A stretch of DNA of 64,000 nt from a bacterium (GCA_031362565.1 JANLSU010000039.1:32001-96000); one strand, 5' to 3'. Counted from the first letter of the stretch, positions 16,201-26,800 are shown. Notes: generated by a model from the letters alone, not told the origin. Numbers and translations are program-made.

Positions 16201-16663
16201 ACGTCGGTGGGAGCGTGAGATCGCCGCGTGCCGGCGCGCCGGGCGTGGCGGCGGCCGGCGTGGTGCCGGCGGACGGCGTGCCGGGCGTCGCGAGTGCTTC
16301 GGCGCGCGGCACGATGTCGACGGCGCGAAAACGCTGGCGAGCCGGCGCCGGCAAGTACGCGTACGACACGTCGAGCACCAGGAGTGATTCGGCCGGGGCG
16401 AGCAGGAACAGCATGCCGCGCGCCGGGTCGATGCCATAGTCGCGATTGCGCACCAAGAGCGAATCGCCGCGGTGCACGGCGTCGCTGCCCTCTTGCAAGA
16501 ACGCGTGCGCCAGCGCGTGGCGCGCCTCACGCGGCGCGAAGCGCAGCGTTTCGTGGTTGTGGAAAAGCGTGTTCCACCCGACCGCGCCCGCGGCAGCGGC
16601 GGCGGCCGGCAGAAGCGCGTGGGCGGCACAAACGAAACCCAGGAGGAGACGCCGCACGCTCAC
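13205..16663 (-). CDS. Large (~1150 aa) putative outer-membrane beta-barrel protein, conserved hypothetical
   Basis: Signal peptide; GTG start overlaps the upstream TGA. Motifs GSERVYVDG...RG...DYVIDYDRGEVRF, many amphipathic strands, terminal ETRAIF. Confidence 0.7.
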   Translation of the reverse strand: MSVRRLLLGFVCAAHALLPAAAAAAGAVGWNTLFHNHETLRFAPREARHALAHAFLQEGSDAVHRGDSLLVRNRDYGIDPARGMLFLLAPAESLLVLDVSYAYLPAPARQRFRAVDIVPRAEALATPGTPSAGTTPAAATPGAPARGDLTLPPTLRLSGSKTIGVSLGRNRDATIDQSLRVEAAGDLGEGLRVNAVLADDNLPVLPEGNTEELGDLSKVFIEVQGPVVGGVLGDYTLERPGDLTAVRRDLRGGELRLHFGNETLALGAGLARGEFATATFRGTEGKQGPYELLSVRRLEFSTLVPGSERVYVDGALQRRGENQDYVIDYDRGEVRFTSHRRMTADTEIGVDFQVANQRYRRETKSARVEGGAAAWRWRGFALDDGDVRNKPVGGAYGPEEIAALTAAGDGGAIAAGIRVVGAGHGSYRRDGIDSTIVRFDPVTGDLEVDFYEAGPSRGAYDDSLDALSGRRIFRFVGAAHGDFAIGRRLTPAGRQRLVTGDIETAPWKGAHLRAEASLSDFDANQFSSRDDDDNRGEALEISGDSGARSLGRAGSVALAAHWAERSARFRSPDRGRPAFYYKDWNAESDSLRDTERITETTLHWAAAANRLRIDANAGRLDRRADLRTDRLQLDLGLGHAERSAEFRWQGLDTARPGLGADAGRTRGLRQAAGRFGLGPVVPELHVERDEFVRADADSFARSSYRYLDTRLRIALRETHRTTAAVEFGRRDTDARRPGTERAAGLGEWAEARRNDTWGLEMLARPSLGFGAELGVSRRTNEPRGGDASAATRSDLARAVLSWNPRHTAVRTEWRYEIGEEAVRTLQQVLVLAPDGHGDYDAEGHAVGKDQGLFDKVFRFSGDPENVGSVEATWRLELGGFTTLSSAAPDSSPGWFRRNVSLLQTLGVKEQSRSDHRRDLYLLVPSAYQTGATVFGSFNARQEWSFLSGASRDALKLRLEAEKELDGRFTGAGVRTRQSSGTLRWDRTGVQRWSVGAESGLGSRARRGALDGVVPGRSSSGSHDVRFGALAGRIGYRLSASERLQFDVEWTAQHDAISTTRQQLVTWTPSATIAPLRNLRLFASLAATHVVEHKPPDVLPPFFFDAPGTKTSGSLSGSYRLGQNLNLNLSYSGVRNTDGRSTWDVKAETRAIF

Positions 16664-17619
16664 TTCCGTTCGTCGGCCGCGCGCTCGACGCGCAGGCGTG
16701 CGAGCGCCGGCGGCGAGCCTTCGAGCACCCACGCCGTGTCTCCGACCACGGTGACGTCCACCGGGCTCTGCGGGCCCAGCTTGAGTTCGTCGCGCACGCC
16801 GCCCGCCGGGCCCAGGAGCCAGACCGATCGCCGGCCGGCATCGGCAACGAACAGCTCGCCGGTCGGACCCACGGCCAGGCCACGCGGCTCACCGAGCGAA
16901 TCACTGAAGGCGCCCGCGAAGTTTCCGACCGCCGTGAAACGTTGCAGGCGCGAGTTCCCGGTATCGGTGACGTAGAACGATCCGTCGGGCGCGAACGCCA
17001 CGCCGAGCGGCCGCGACAATTCACCGGGACGGGTGCCGAAGCCGCCGACCACGGTCTCGGTGCCCTGCGAGGCGTCGAAGAGCCGCACCTGGTGCCGCGA
17101 CGTTTGCGCCACGAGCACCCGCCCGAGACGGTCGACGGCAAGAGCACGCGGTGTCTCGACGCCGTCGGCGCGGAAGCTGCGCAAGACATCCAGGAATCCA
17201 CCCTCGTCGCCGAAGCGCAGGAGGGCGTTCGATTGGGCGTCCAAAACATAGACGCGGAATCCAGTCACTTCGAGATCGACTGGTTGAAGTGCCGCAACGT
17301 TGGGTGGGTTTTCGAATTCGTACCGCACCTGGCCGTCTGCACCGACGCGGAGCACCGTACCGCGCCCTACGTCGGCGATGAACAGCCGGCCCAGAGGTCC
17401 GGCGGCGATGGCGACCGGTTGGATGAAATCGCGCCCCGCGAGCAGGACAACCGACTCGAGGCGCAGCCGAGTTGCGGGCGGAACGTCGGCTTGGGCCGCG
17501 GCGCTCGCCGCGCCGCCCAAAGACCCCAAGAGCAGGAGGCACGCCAGACGCGCGCGACGACCACGGAGGATCGCAACACCGGCAGGAAAGCGCGGGAAAA
17601 ACCGCCGCGAACGCCGCAT
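16660..17619 (-). CDS. NHL-repeat beta-propeller protein, exported
   Basis: Repeats such as LSRPLGVAFAPDGSFYVTDTGNSRLQRF; signal peptide. Confidence 0.85.
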   Translation of the reverse strand: MRRSRRFFPRFPAGVAILRGRRARLACLLLLGSLGGAASAAAQADVPPATRLRLESVVLLAGRDFIQPVAIAAGPLGRLFIADVGRGTVLRVGADGQVRYEFENPPNVAALQPVDLEVTGFRVYVLDAQSNALLRFGDEGGFLDVLRSFRADGVETPRALAVDRLGRVLVAQTSRHQVRLFDASQGTETVVGGFGTRPGELSRPLGVAFAPDGSFYVTDTGNSRLQRFTAVGNFAGAFSDSLGEPRGLAVGPTGELFVADAGRRSVWLLGPAGGVRDELKLGPQSPVDVTVVGDTAWVLEGSPPALARLRVERAADERK

Positions 17620-17633
17620 GGCGGCGTCCCGGC

Positions 17634-18392
17634 TCAGAAGCGTCCGGCGAGGCCGAGGCGCCAGAGCGGCGCACCGGGCGCCGGCACCGCATCGAGGCGC
17701 AGCGACAGGGCGCGGTCGTCGCGTGCGTGGTCGCTGCGCACCGCCTGCACGACGCTCACGACGCTGACGATGCGATTGATGAGTGCGAACGCGAGCGCGT
17801 TGGTCGCACGGTCACCAGCCGCAAGTTCGGACTGGCGGAGATCGCGGAATTCATTGAAGCGCTGCACGCTCGTCCACGCCCAGGCCTCGCCGCCGGTGTA
17901 TTCCTGGCCGACAATTTCGCCCGTGTCGCGGGCCCGCTTGCGCACGAACTCGTTCCACATGCCGGGCCCTTCGGCGCGCAGGTACTGGCCCACGGCTTTG
18001 AAATAGTCATCGTTGCCGCTCGCGGCGGCGCCGCCATACGACACGGCGTATTCGATCGCCCGGTCGCCGCGCAGGTTTTCCTGCACCTTGAACGTCGTAT
18101 ACGACGTCCACACGGCGGCTTCGAGCGTGCCGGAGACGAGGGCGCGGGTGCGATGCCCGGTATAGTACTCGCCAAGACCCGGCACGAGGGCGGACAGCAG
18201 TGCGGCGCGATACACCGAATGATGCACATTCGCGGCCGTGACCGGCGCCGGGGCGTAACCGCCGCCGGCCGGGGTTTCGAGTGCCTGCAAGCCCGGCCGC
18301 GGCAGGAGGGAAACCGGTGCTGCAGCGTGCGCCAAGGGCACGCCGAGCGTCAGGACCAGCGCCCCAGCAACGGCGCTCGAGATCATTCGCAT
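17634..18392 (-). CDS. Exported hypothetical protein (DUF5683-like motif)
   Basis: Signal peptide, LSALVPGLGEYYTG, terminal LAGRF. Confidence 0.6.
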   Translation of the reverse strand: MRMISSAVAGALVLTLGVPLAHAAAPVSLLPRPGLQALETPAGGGYAPAPVTAANVHHSVYRAALLSALVPGLGEYYTGHRTRALVSGTLEAAVWTSYTTFKVQENLRGDRAIEYAVSYGGAAASGNDDYFKAVGQYLRAEGPGMWNEFVRKRARDTGEIVGQEYTGGEAWAWTSVQRFNEFRDLRQSELAAGDRATNALAFALINRIVSVVSVVQAVRSDHARDDRALSLRLDAVPAPGAPLWRLGLAGRF

Positions 18393-18421
18393 CGCTCTCT
18401 CCTCCCCATTCCGGACCGCCT

Positions 18422-19294
18422 TCAGTATCGCATGGTGAGCGCGATCCCGGTACCGTGCTCCGGCAGCGCCCGCGGTTCGACGGCAAACCGTTCGCGCTGC
18501 AAATCGCCGTGTACGAGATAGACGGTCTGAGCGACGCTCAAGAGGCGCGTCGCCATGCCGACCACGATCATGCTCGTCGCATGATCGAAGTTGGTGTTGC
18601 TTTCGATCCGCATCAGGCCAAAGGCGCGGCGATTGTGCGCCGAATCGCTGTTGACCGCGTTCTCGTTGTCGTTGTACGAGAAATCATCCCATCCCATATA
18701 GAAGAACTTGTATTTGCCGATGTTCTCGTAGTAGTGCTGGCGGTCCTGATCTTTGAAAATGAAACTGCACGTGCAGTTGTCGGCGGGGTCGCTCGAGTCG
18801 TACCAGCGAATGTCATCGTTCGTTTGCGTCACGCCATAGTGATCGCGTAGTTCTTGCTGCCAGCGACCGTAGTCCCAGTGCGTGTCGGCGAATTGTTCGT
18901 ACTTGCTGCGCCAGTCGCCGCCTTCGCGCCGGTAGTGCGCGTACCCGAGCCAGGTCGCGGCGTCCGCCCCCACGAGCGGCAAGCCGCGCCACCAATGGCC
19001 GGTCGAAATTTCTCCCGCCCCCGGCAAAATGGCGGAGAGCAGAACCGGCAGAATGTAGCGCTTGCGAGTCGACAACTCGGACGAGGCCGTTGCGGCTCCG
19101 CCGCCCTCTTGCACATCGACGTTCGGCGCGCGCCAAGCACGGCTTTGCTGCTGCCATGCAAGTCGCAACGGCGGCAGCAATGACTGGTTGGGCACCGCGG
19201 CCGGTTCGAGGGCTCGCGCGGCGCCGCATCCTGCGGCCACCAGCAGGCCGAGAGCCAGCCGCCACACCGGATGCGCGCTGCGATTCAGCATCAT
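18422..19294 (-). CDS. Exported hypothetical protein, paralog-like to its neighbour
   Basis: Signal peptide, LSAILPGAGEISTG, QHYYENIGKY..F.MGWDD, terminal LTMRY. Confidence 0.6.
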   Translation of the reverse strand: MMLNRSAHPVWRLALGLLVAAGCGAARALEPAAVPNQSLLPPLRLAWQQQSRAWRAPNVDVQEGGGAATASSELSTRKRYILPVLLSAILPGAGEISTGHWWRGLPLVGADAATWLGYAHYRREGGDWRSKYEQFADTHWDYGRWQQELRDHYGVTQTNDDIRWYDSSDPADNCTCSFIFKDQDRQHYYENIGKYKFFYMGWDDFSYNDNENAVNSDSAHNRRAFGLMRIESNTNFDHATSMIVVGMATRLLSVAQTVYLVHGDLQRERFAVEPRALPEHGTGIALTMRY

Positions 19295-19305
19295 TCGACT
19301 TTCGG

Positions 19306-22300
19306 CTAGCGGACGAGCGTGATCGGCGTCACGAGCGGGGACGCAACCCCAGCCGCGGCGCTCACGAAACGGCACAAATAGACCCCCGACGCCAAAGCGC
19401 CGGGACGCCAAGCGATTTCCTTGGTTCCCGCCGCCAGTGCCCCGCTCTGCTCGAACACGCGCTGGCCTTCGAGAGTGTAGATCGCCACCTGAAACGCGCC
19501 GTCGTGCGGCGTGGTCATCCGCAAGCGCACTTCCGTGCCGGCGCCACGGGCCGGATTCGGATACACGATGAACGGCCGCTCGGCGGCCAAAACCCGGGCC
19601 CCGGCGCCGATTGCCGCCGGCTTGGCGGTGAAGTTGGTGCGCGCCGCAGTGCCACCCAACCCCGCCCAACCTGGCCGCGCCGAGCCGCCGGCCGGATCGG
19701 TCGCCCCGGCAGAGATCGAGGATACCGCCAGGATCTCGGGCGTACCGTCGCCGTTGACGTCTTCGGCACGCAGCGTCGATGGAAACAAGTCCGGCAGCAT
19801 CTTGCGCGGATATCCGGACACGACGCGCCCGCCGGCATCGAACGCGTACACAAGTCCCAAATCCGTTCCAAAACAAATCTCCGGCAGCGAGTCGCCGGCG
19901 ACATCCGCGATCACCGGCGGCGTCACGATGCGGATCGGATTCAACAACGGATACGCATCGCGGATCACGAGCGGAGTGCGCGCCAAATGTGCGCCGCGGC
20001 TGGTGAGGCCCGCGAGGCGCGTCGCGCTGGTGGCGACGATGTCGAGTTCCCCATCGCCGTTGACGTCGGCGAGCGCCAGACCCAGATAGTGGTCGGGCGG
20101 CAAATCGCCAAAGTCGCTCCACAGGCCTTGGTCGGCATCCGCGACGCGCAACCGGCCGTCGGGCCGCAGGATGACGATTTGGGCGGCGCCGGCCGCCGAA
20201 CGCAAGTGGCCGCTCGCCACCAGCAACACCGAATCAGGCGCATCAAGGCCATGTTCGATCGATCGCGATGCGCCGCCGAAAGCCTGCACCACGACCCGAT
20301 TGCGGCCGACGAGCCCGACCCCCAACGCGCCGTTCGCAGCCACCGGGCCGACAACCGCCGGCTCGTGGCCCGAGTCGATATCGTACGTTTCGCCGACGCC
20401 GACAGCGTCGAGCCGCACCCAAGCGCCGCCGGCGGTCTCGACGAGCGCGCCCGCCGTGCCGGCGGTTTGCGAATCGAGTAACACGAGCCGCGCGCCGCAG
20501 CCCCCCGGCACTGTGACGGGGAAACCGGCGCGCACCGGTAGTGAATCGCCGGCAATCTGTGCATCCCAAAGCCAGACGCGCTCAGAATCGACGGCGGCGA
20601 TCGTGCCGCCCAGGTCACCGGGCGCCAGATGCGGATGGTAAGCGAGCGATGCCGGTTGCACCGGCGTCCGCACGACGCGATGCGCGAGCGCCGCATCGAA
20701 GGCCGACACGCCGGCCGAATCCGCCACCACGAGCACAGTCCCGAGCCCGCCGATCTGGGCCATGCATGCCCCCTGTGGATCGAGCGGCGGCAAGCTGTCG
20801 GCGGCGGTCCGCAATTGCCGCGGCCAGTCCCGCGTCCCATCCGCCACATGGATGGTGAGCGTGTGCGATTCGGGGGCCGCGAAACGCACGTTGGTGATTT
20901 CCAAACCGGTGTGCGCCCAGTCGGTGTTCCAGTTGTTCGGCCGTGAGGTGGCGTTCATGCGCGTCGCGAAGCCTTCGCGGAACGGATCGTTCCAACCGTC
21001 ACCGCTGAAGCCGTTGGTGGGAGTGCGCCAGTCGCCGATTTCGTAGTCGCCGTCGGCTTCCACGAGCCGCAGCCCACGCCGCCGGTCGTCGGTATTCACT
21101 TCGTTGAAAGCAAAGCCGTCGGCGATGACGCGTTCGTCGACCTTCCATACCAGCAGTCCAAACCCCAGATCACCACAACTACCGAATTGTTCTTCGGGCG
21201 CACTCGGTGAAGTGATGAAGAAGTCGTATTCGCCGCTGTTGCGCCGGTCGCGTGGCGGCTTCCTCGGCTCGTCACGGCTCATCCAGAGGATGACGCCCGT
21301 CGAGTCGCGATTCAAATACGGACAGGCCTCGACGTCATCGGGGCGCACGTCCAAGAAATCGCGCCGGTTCTCGACCAAGTAGTACTCGTCGGCCGAGACA
21401 TCGAGCCGCGCGATGCGCGGCCCCGTGCCTTGCGACGTGAGGCTCGGCCGCAATGTCACCGAGTCGTCCGGGGCGCGGAGCGCATACGGCTCCTCCCAAC
21501 CCAACAACACCCGGCTCATCGCCGACAGGCCGCCGGGTAAGAGGCCGAAGGCAATCGTCGGCTCGCTGGCGCCTTCTTCTTGAAATCCGAACACCAGCCC
21601 TGAACCCGAGTCCATGAGATCCCATTCGCCGACCGCCGGCAACCCGATATTCGTGTCGTACCAATCGGGCAATCCCAGTTGATGGCCCACCTCGTGACAC
21701 AGCACACCGGAGATGCCACCGACAAAACCATCCTGCGACGCCTGCTCCGGAACCACGAGCCCGTTGCGGATTTCGTGCGTGCCGCCCATGACCGCCACCG
21801 AGTCCGCGAGAGTGACGAAGAAACTCGGCAGGTCGTTGGGGCTGTCGCCGTTGATGTCGCTCTGCAGGTCGCTGCCCGGATGGACGAGGCAGATCGATTC
21901 CATGTCGCGCAAATCGATGCGCCCGGCGACCGCCGTGTCGGCGGCGCTCACCGCATCCTTGAACCACTTCACGAGTAACTCGATCGTCCAGTTATTGCCG
22001 GCGCCCGGACCGTAGTCGGCGGCATCCGAAAGCTTGACGCTCGGTTCACCGACCGGCGGAAACACGTGGCCGCGCACCTCTACCTGGCCGTGCGACACGA
22101 CGCGGTAATAATCGCGGAGCGCGATGAGCTGGGCATCGAAATAGGCGGCATCGTGCGGCGGCGGGTCGACGACGGCGGTCGAATCAGCGGTCAAGCGGAA
22201 GTCGCCGCTCGCATCCATGCTGGTGAGAGCCGGGTCACGGTTGGCGCGAAAACCAACCCGTACGAGGAGCAGGTCGACAGTATCGGGCGCGGCGCCCGCG

Positions 22301-22611
22301 CCACCGGCCGCTTTGGCGGCACGGGCGGCACGCGCCCGACGACTCGTGAGCACACCCTGCGACTGGACGTGGGCGTTATGCAGGCGGGCATCCGTCAAGA
22401 ACGCCGGCCAATGTGCCCGGTGCGCCAACCAGCGCTGCCGCATTCCGTCGGCTTGGGCCCGCGCCACGGTCTTCGGACTGGTGCGGAGCACGGTGGTCCG
22501 GCGGCGAACACCGTCGCGCGACGACGCCGCGGTGGCGAAGACGATTCCAAGGCCGGCGATCAACAGACTGATCCGAACCCACGACTGCCAACGGCCCGAT
22601 CCCAATTCCAT
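19306..22611 (-). CDS. M6 (immune inhibitor A-like) metalloprotease with FG-GAP repeats and T9SS C-terminal domain
   Basis: HEVGHQLGLPDWYD, WDLMDSG, EYYLVENR, DVNGDG repeats, CTD VYPNP...IYTLEGQRV...ASGVYLCR. Confidence 0.85.
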   Translation of the reverse strand: MELGSGRWQSWVRISLLIAGLGIVFATAASSRDGVRRRTTVLRTSPKTVARAQADGMRQRWLAHRAHWPAFLTDARLHNAHVQSQGVLTSRRARAARAAKAAGGAGAAPDTVDLLLVRVGFRANRDPALTSMDASGDFRLTADSTAVVDPPPHDAAYFDAQLIALRDYYRVVSHGQVEVRGHVFPPVGEPSVKLSDAADYGPGAGNNWTIELLVKWFKDAVSAADTAVAGRIDLRDMESICLVHPGSDLQSDINGDSPNDLPSFFVTLADSVAVMGGTHEIRNGLVVPEQASQDGFVGGISGVLCHEVGHQLGLPDWYDTNIGLPAVGEWDLMDSGSGLVFGFQEEGASEPTIAFGLLPGGLSAMSRVLLGWEEPYALRAPDDSVTLRPSLTSQGTGPRIARLDVSADEYYLVENRRDFLDVRPDDVEACPYLNRDSTGVILWMSRDEPRKPPRDRRNSGEYDFFITSPSAPEEQFGSCGDLGFGLLVWKVDERVIADGFAFNEVNTDDRRRGLRLVEADGDYEIGDWRTPTNGFSGDGWNDPFREGFATRMNATSRPNNWNTDWAHTGLEITNVRFAAPESHTLTIHVADGTRDWPRQLRTAADSLPPLDPQGACMAQIGGLGTVLVVADSAGVSAFDAALAHRVVRTPVQPASLAYHPHLAPGDLGGTIAAVDSERVWLWDAQIAGDSLPVRAGFPVTVPGGCGARLVLLDSQTAGTAGALVETAGGAWVRLDAVGVGETYDIDSGHEPAVVGPVAANGALGVGLVGRNRVVVQAFGGASRSIEHGLDAPDSVLLVASGHLRSAAGAAQIVILRPDGRLRVADADQGLWSDFGDLPPDHYLGLALADVNGDGELDIVATSATRLAGLTSRGAHLARTPLVIRDAYPLLNPIRIVTPPVIADVAGDSLPEICFGTDLGLVYAFDAGGRVVSGYPRKMLPDLFPSTLRAEDVNGDGTPEILAVSSISAGATDPAGGSARPGWAGLGGTAARTNFTAKPAAIGAGARVLAAERPFIVYPNPARGAGTEVRLRMTTPHDGAFQVAIYTLEGQRVFEQSGALAAGTKEIAWRPGALASGVYLCRFVSAAAGVASPLVTPITLVR

Positions 22612-22666
22612 CGGTTCCAATCTGACTCAAGGGGGGTTCGGGTGAAAGGCGTCGAGGTCGCCTTGG

Positions 22667-23650
22667 TCAGTACCGCAGCCAAAGGGCAAACCGGCTGACG
22701 CGGTCCAGCTCGGCGGCCTGCGGTACGTTCGCGTATTCGAACGTGGCGCGGTTCCAAGTGAATCCGAAGCCGGCAGCAACGCCGCGTACGGCACCTTCGT
22801 CGTCGTTCAAATAGCCGGCGCGCAACGCAAAGGCATTCAAATACACGAACTCGGCGCCCATGTGATACACCGGGCGGCGCTCCCAGCGCACCAAGGAGCG
22901 CTCGTATTCGACGCCGGCACGCAGCTGGCTGACCTCGCTCTGCACGAGATCGAACATGCCGCCCAGGCGCAGACTGCGCGGCAGCGGATCGCTCTGCTCT
23001 TGGTCGATGAACGTAATGTCGGGGCCGAGGTTGTTGACGACGGCACCGAGGCGAAAGCGTGGCCGGCGATACAAAGCGCCAAGATCGAAAGCCCACGAAT
23101 TGCCGCTGCCGCTTCCCGAACCGAGCTGATCACGGAGCACGTTCTCGGGAGCCAAATCGATTCGTACGTACTTCACCGAAACGCCGATCCCCAAGTCCGG
23201 GAGAAACTTGAATCCAAGCGAGGCAGCCGGCGACAGTTCGTAACTGCTGAACGTGCCGTGCGATTGGTTCGCTTCGTCCACGGCCTCGCTCTTGCCGTAG
23301 CTCAGGTAGGTGAGGTCGAGCTGGACGGTGCCGAGGCTTTTCGTCGGCACGACCCAACCGCCGTACATGAAATACACGTCATCGGCGAGACTCGGGACGA
23401 GCTTCGTGAACATCGTGCCGACGACGCCGCGCTCTACGAAGGCCAAGCCGCCGGGATTCGACCAACGTGCGGCATAGTCGTTGGCTTCGGTCACGAAGAT
23501 TCCACCCATGGCTTCGCCACGAGCGCTCGGACCGAACGTCAAACTGATGGCGCCGGCCTCGCTGCCCACAGCGTGGGCGCGCGGCGCGAGCGCAGCGATG
23601 CTGGCAAGTGCCAATGGCATGAAGGTGCGTGTGAGAAGCGGCGTGCGCAT
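22667..23650 (-). CDS. porV: PorV/PorQ-family T9SS outer-membrane protein
   Basis: PSARGEAMG, WSNPGGLAF, LVPSLADDVY, AFDLGALY, NLGPDITF, DPLPRSLRLG; adjacent to porU. Confidence 0.85.
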   Translation of the reverse strand: MRTPLLTRTFMPLALASIAALAPRAHAVGSEAGAISLTFGPSARGEAMGGIFVTEANDYAARWSNPGGLAFVERGVVGTMFTKLVPSLADDVYFMYGGWVVPTKSLGTVQLDLTYLSYGKSEAVDEANQSHGTFSSYELSPAASLGFKFLPDLGIGVSVKYVRIDLAPENVLRDQLGSGSGSGNSWAFDLGALYRRPRFRLGAVVNNLGPDITFIDQEQSDPLPRSLRLGGMFDLVQSEVSQLRAGVEYERSLVRWERRPVYHMGAEFVYLNAFALRAGYLNDDEGAVRGVAAGFGFTWNRATFEYANVPQAAELDRVSRFALWLRY

Positions 23651-23770
23651 CGTGGGGGGGACCTCCGGGTACTACGCGGGCATTGCAAGGGGAACGATTT
23701 CGGCCCCCGCGGGGTACGGCGACCAGAAACGGAGTTGCAACTTCCAGGCCCAGGTGTCCACGCGCCACAG

Positions 23771-23796
23771 GGTGCCGGCGAGGTCCCGCCGGCACC
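23771..23796. other. Perfect 10-bp inverted repeat between porU and porV
   Basis: ggtgccggcg-aggtcc-cgccggcacc, with no U-tract. Confidence 0.5.
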
Positions 23797-23835
23797 AGCC
23801 GTTACTTTGAGTTGAATCCGACCCAACCCGCACAA

Positions 23836-26800
23836 CTATCTCATGATGACGACTTTACCGACGGTTTCGAGGGGCGCAACGCCGGCTCGGTCGGGGCGGG
23901 CGCGGAGGCGGTACAGATACGTACCGTTCGCGACAGTGTCCTCTCGAAGGTCCACCCCGTCCCATCGAATGGACGCCTGGGTGCCGGCGTCGAACCGCTG
24001 GCGATGGTGCCAGATCTCGCGCCCCGAGGTCGTGAAGACCCGCAGTTCGACCTCCGCAGGATCGGTGATCTCGAAGAAAAAGCGCGTCCAGTCGCGGAAC
24101 GGATTGGGAAACGCGAGGACGTTCACGAGCCGCACGACTTCGGCGTCGACGACTTGAAATTCGATGGTTGCAGTCGCTTGGTTTCCCAAGTTGTCCGACG
24201 CGATCAGCGTCACCGAGTGCGCCCCCGCTTCCAAGTCGCTCGGGAGTGGCACATTCAAAGTCCCGGCACTATCGCTCCCGGCCGCGTACTGAAACAGCGA
24301 CGTGACATTGAGAGACTCGTTGCGGCCGTCGAAGTCGAGAAGGATCGAATTGGGCAGCGATGTCCCCTGGATGCCGATGCCATTTTCATCGTGGATGTCG
24401 GCCGTGAGAATCGTGCCGGCCTTCACCCGCGTCCGGTTGTTCGGGAAGTGCAGCGCGATCCGCGGCACCCCAGTCGACGAATCGCTGCTGGAGCCAATGG
24501 CCACGTTGACTCCCGATTGGGAGCCCTTCGCATCCCGCCCCGGGCTCGACGCATACGCACTGATACGCGCTTTGCGCCCCGCATGCGCGCTCTTGGGCAC
24601 GATGAACTGGAACGACAGTTGGCCGTTCCGCACCGGCACCGTGCCGCGATAGAGCGGCGGACCTGGCAGATCGTAGGGAATGTAGAGCGGTCCCTGCGGC
24701 GGCGGGACGCGAAAGCCGCTTTCGTCCGCCGTGCCAAAAACCTGCACTTCGGCCGTGCCATTGAAGCCGCCGATGACGTCGCCTTGGCTGGTCACGACTT
24801 CGCCCGTGATCTGGGTTCGGTTGCCGGTCTCGAGCGAGTCGGCGCCGGCCACGAACCGCACGAGATTCTGCGGGAAATCGAGCGTCATCGCCGGATCAGC
24901 GATGAGCATATAGCTCTCGGTGTTGCCGTTCGTGGTGCGCATCTTGGCGAGTTGCTGAACCGTGCCCAACGGGATGCGCCCCGTTGCGCCGTCCAGGAAC
25001 AACTCGCGAAAGAGTGCCGTGTTGAATTGCAAGTTGCTGCCCACAAAAGTCGGCGTCGTCGCGCCGACGGTCGCAATCGCCCCGCCGGCGGGGTCGGCGA
25101 ACAAGTCCTCGCACATGCTCTGGCGCTCAGGATCGTCGAACTCGCTCACCGTACAACTGATGGGCAAGAAGAGCGGCGCCTTCGAACCGTTGACAAGCGA
25201 CGGAATGTCGGTCGACAAGAAGAGCACTTCATCGGTCAGCTGCCGCGGCGCACCGTGCCCCTGGAAGTTCAACACCGCGCAGCCTTCGTTCCACGTCTTG
25301 ATGAAAGCGGCGCGCGCCAGCGGCTTCTGTCCGAGGACGCGCGGATACTCGGTTTCGTAGAACTTGACGACATCGAGATTGGCCGGCACCATCCGCGCCA
25401 GATCCTCGCTGTTGTCGGTGTGAAAGGCTTCGAAGCAGCCGCCGAGGGGGCTGCATTCATCGTCCGCCGCCAAGAGAACCCGCGTCCGCCAAGCGCCGAA
25501 CGGCGCCGCTTCATAGGCGATGAGCTTGTCGACGATGCGGTCCGCGTCGGCCGCGGTACGCGCCGGAATGCGGCCGATGGCGAGATCCGGAATCGGGTAC
25601 GGATTCGGGCCCGCCGGCGGTGTGCCCAGTTCCCCCAGCCAATCGTCCACCGCGTAGTCGGCCACCCAGGGCGTCCGGTCGATGCCGTAGTACCCACCTT
25701 GCACGGTGGGCACGAGGGTCAGTGCCGACGCACCACGCAACTGCCGCACATCATGGGTCGCATCCCCGAACAACGCGAGGTAGCGCAGGCGCGGCGTCAC
25801 GTCGAGGTTGTAGAGAAACTTGGCGTAGTTGCGAATCGCCATCGGATCGACGCGGCCGCCCGAGAAGTTGTCGTAAATATCCGCCACGTCGGCCACCAAA
25901 ATGTCGGGCGAACCACCGCCTGGGAAATGCCCGCGGCGGTACTGCGCCAAGCGATCGGCGGCGGCCCGCAGGCTCGAATGGGTCACGATGAGCATGTCGG
26001 GCGCCGTGGTGCGAGCCCGCAGCGGCACCACCGTGCGGAGCACGAGATCACGTGCCGCCGGGTGGATCGCGCCGCCGAGTGCGAGGTCGCCGACCGCCAC
26101 GTAGTGCGCCCGCACGTGTGCGGCACCGGTGCCATGGACCTGCCAGGTGGTCGCGGCCCCCGTGCCCTGCGGCGCGAGACCGGTCAAGACCCGCGGCGAC
26201 CAGGGATCGGTGATGTTGAAAGCGGTCGGCGCGTTGGCCCCGAACCCGGTCAGTTCGTATGCGATGCCGTCGCGTGCCGCGCGGTCCGTCCAGTCCAACA
26301 CATGCGCCGCGCCGGCCGCGAGCGGCCTTGCCCACACGACATCGAATTCGAGCAAGTCGGTGATCCGTGCCGCGTTGACGCCGGTGGGAATCGATAAGTC
26401 CAGGTTGTTGACCGCTTGCAATGCGACGCCGCTGAAGGTCTGCAGGTGCGCCTGTCCGGTGGCGCCAAAGCTGATGCGCGGCAGCGTCACGCCGTTCAAC
26501 TGCGGATCGACAATTTGTTGGGCGCCGTTCTCGTCGAATCCAAGTGCGAGCCGTAGCGCGCCGACAGCCGACGCCGGGCCCCCGAGGTCGAGTTGAAACT
26601 GCACCCGCAGCGGGCGCGTGTCGCGAATCTCTTGCCAAATCCACAGGTCATCGATGCGGGCGTAATCGAGGTCCTGCTCGACGTGCGTGCGGTTCGTCAC
26701 CGTCGTGACGACGGAGTCACCAGGCACGGACGGCGCCACAACGCTGCTCATGCGCTCGCCGAACACCCCGTCGCCCCACACCAGCCATGCATATTGGTTG

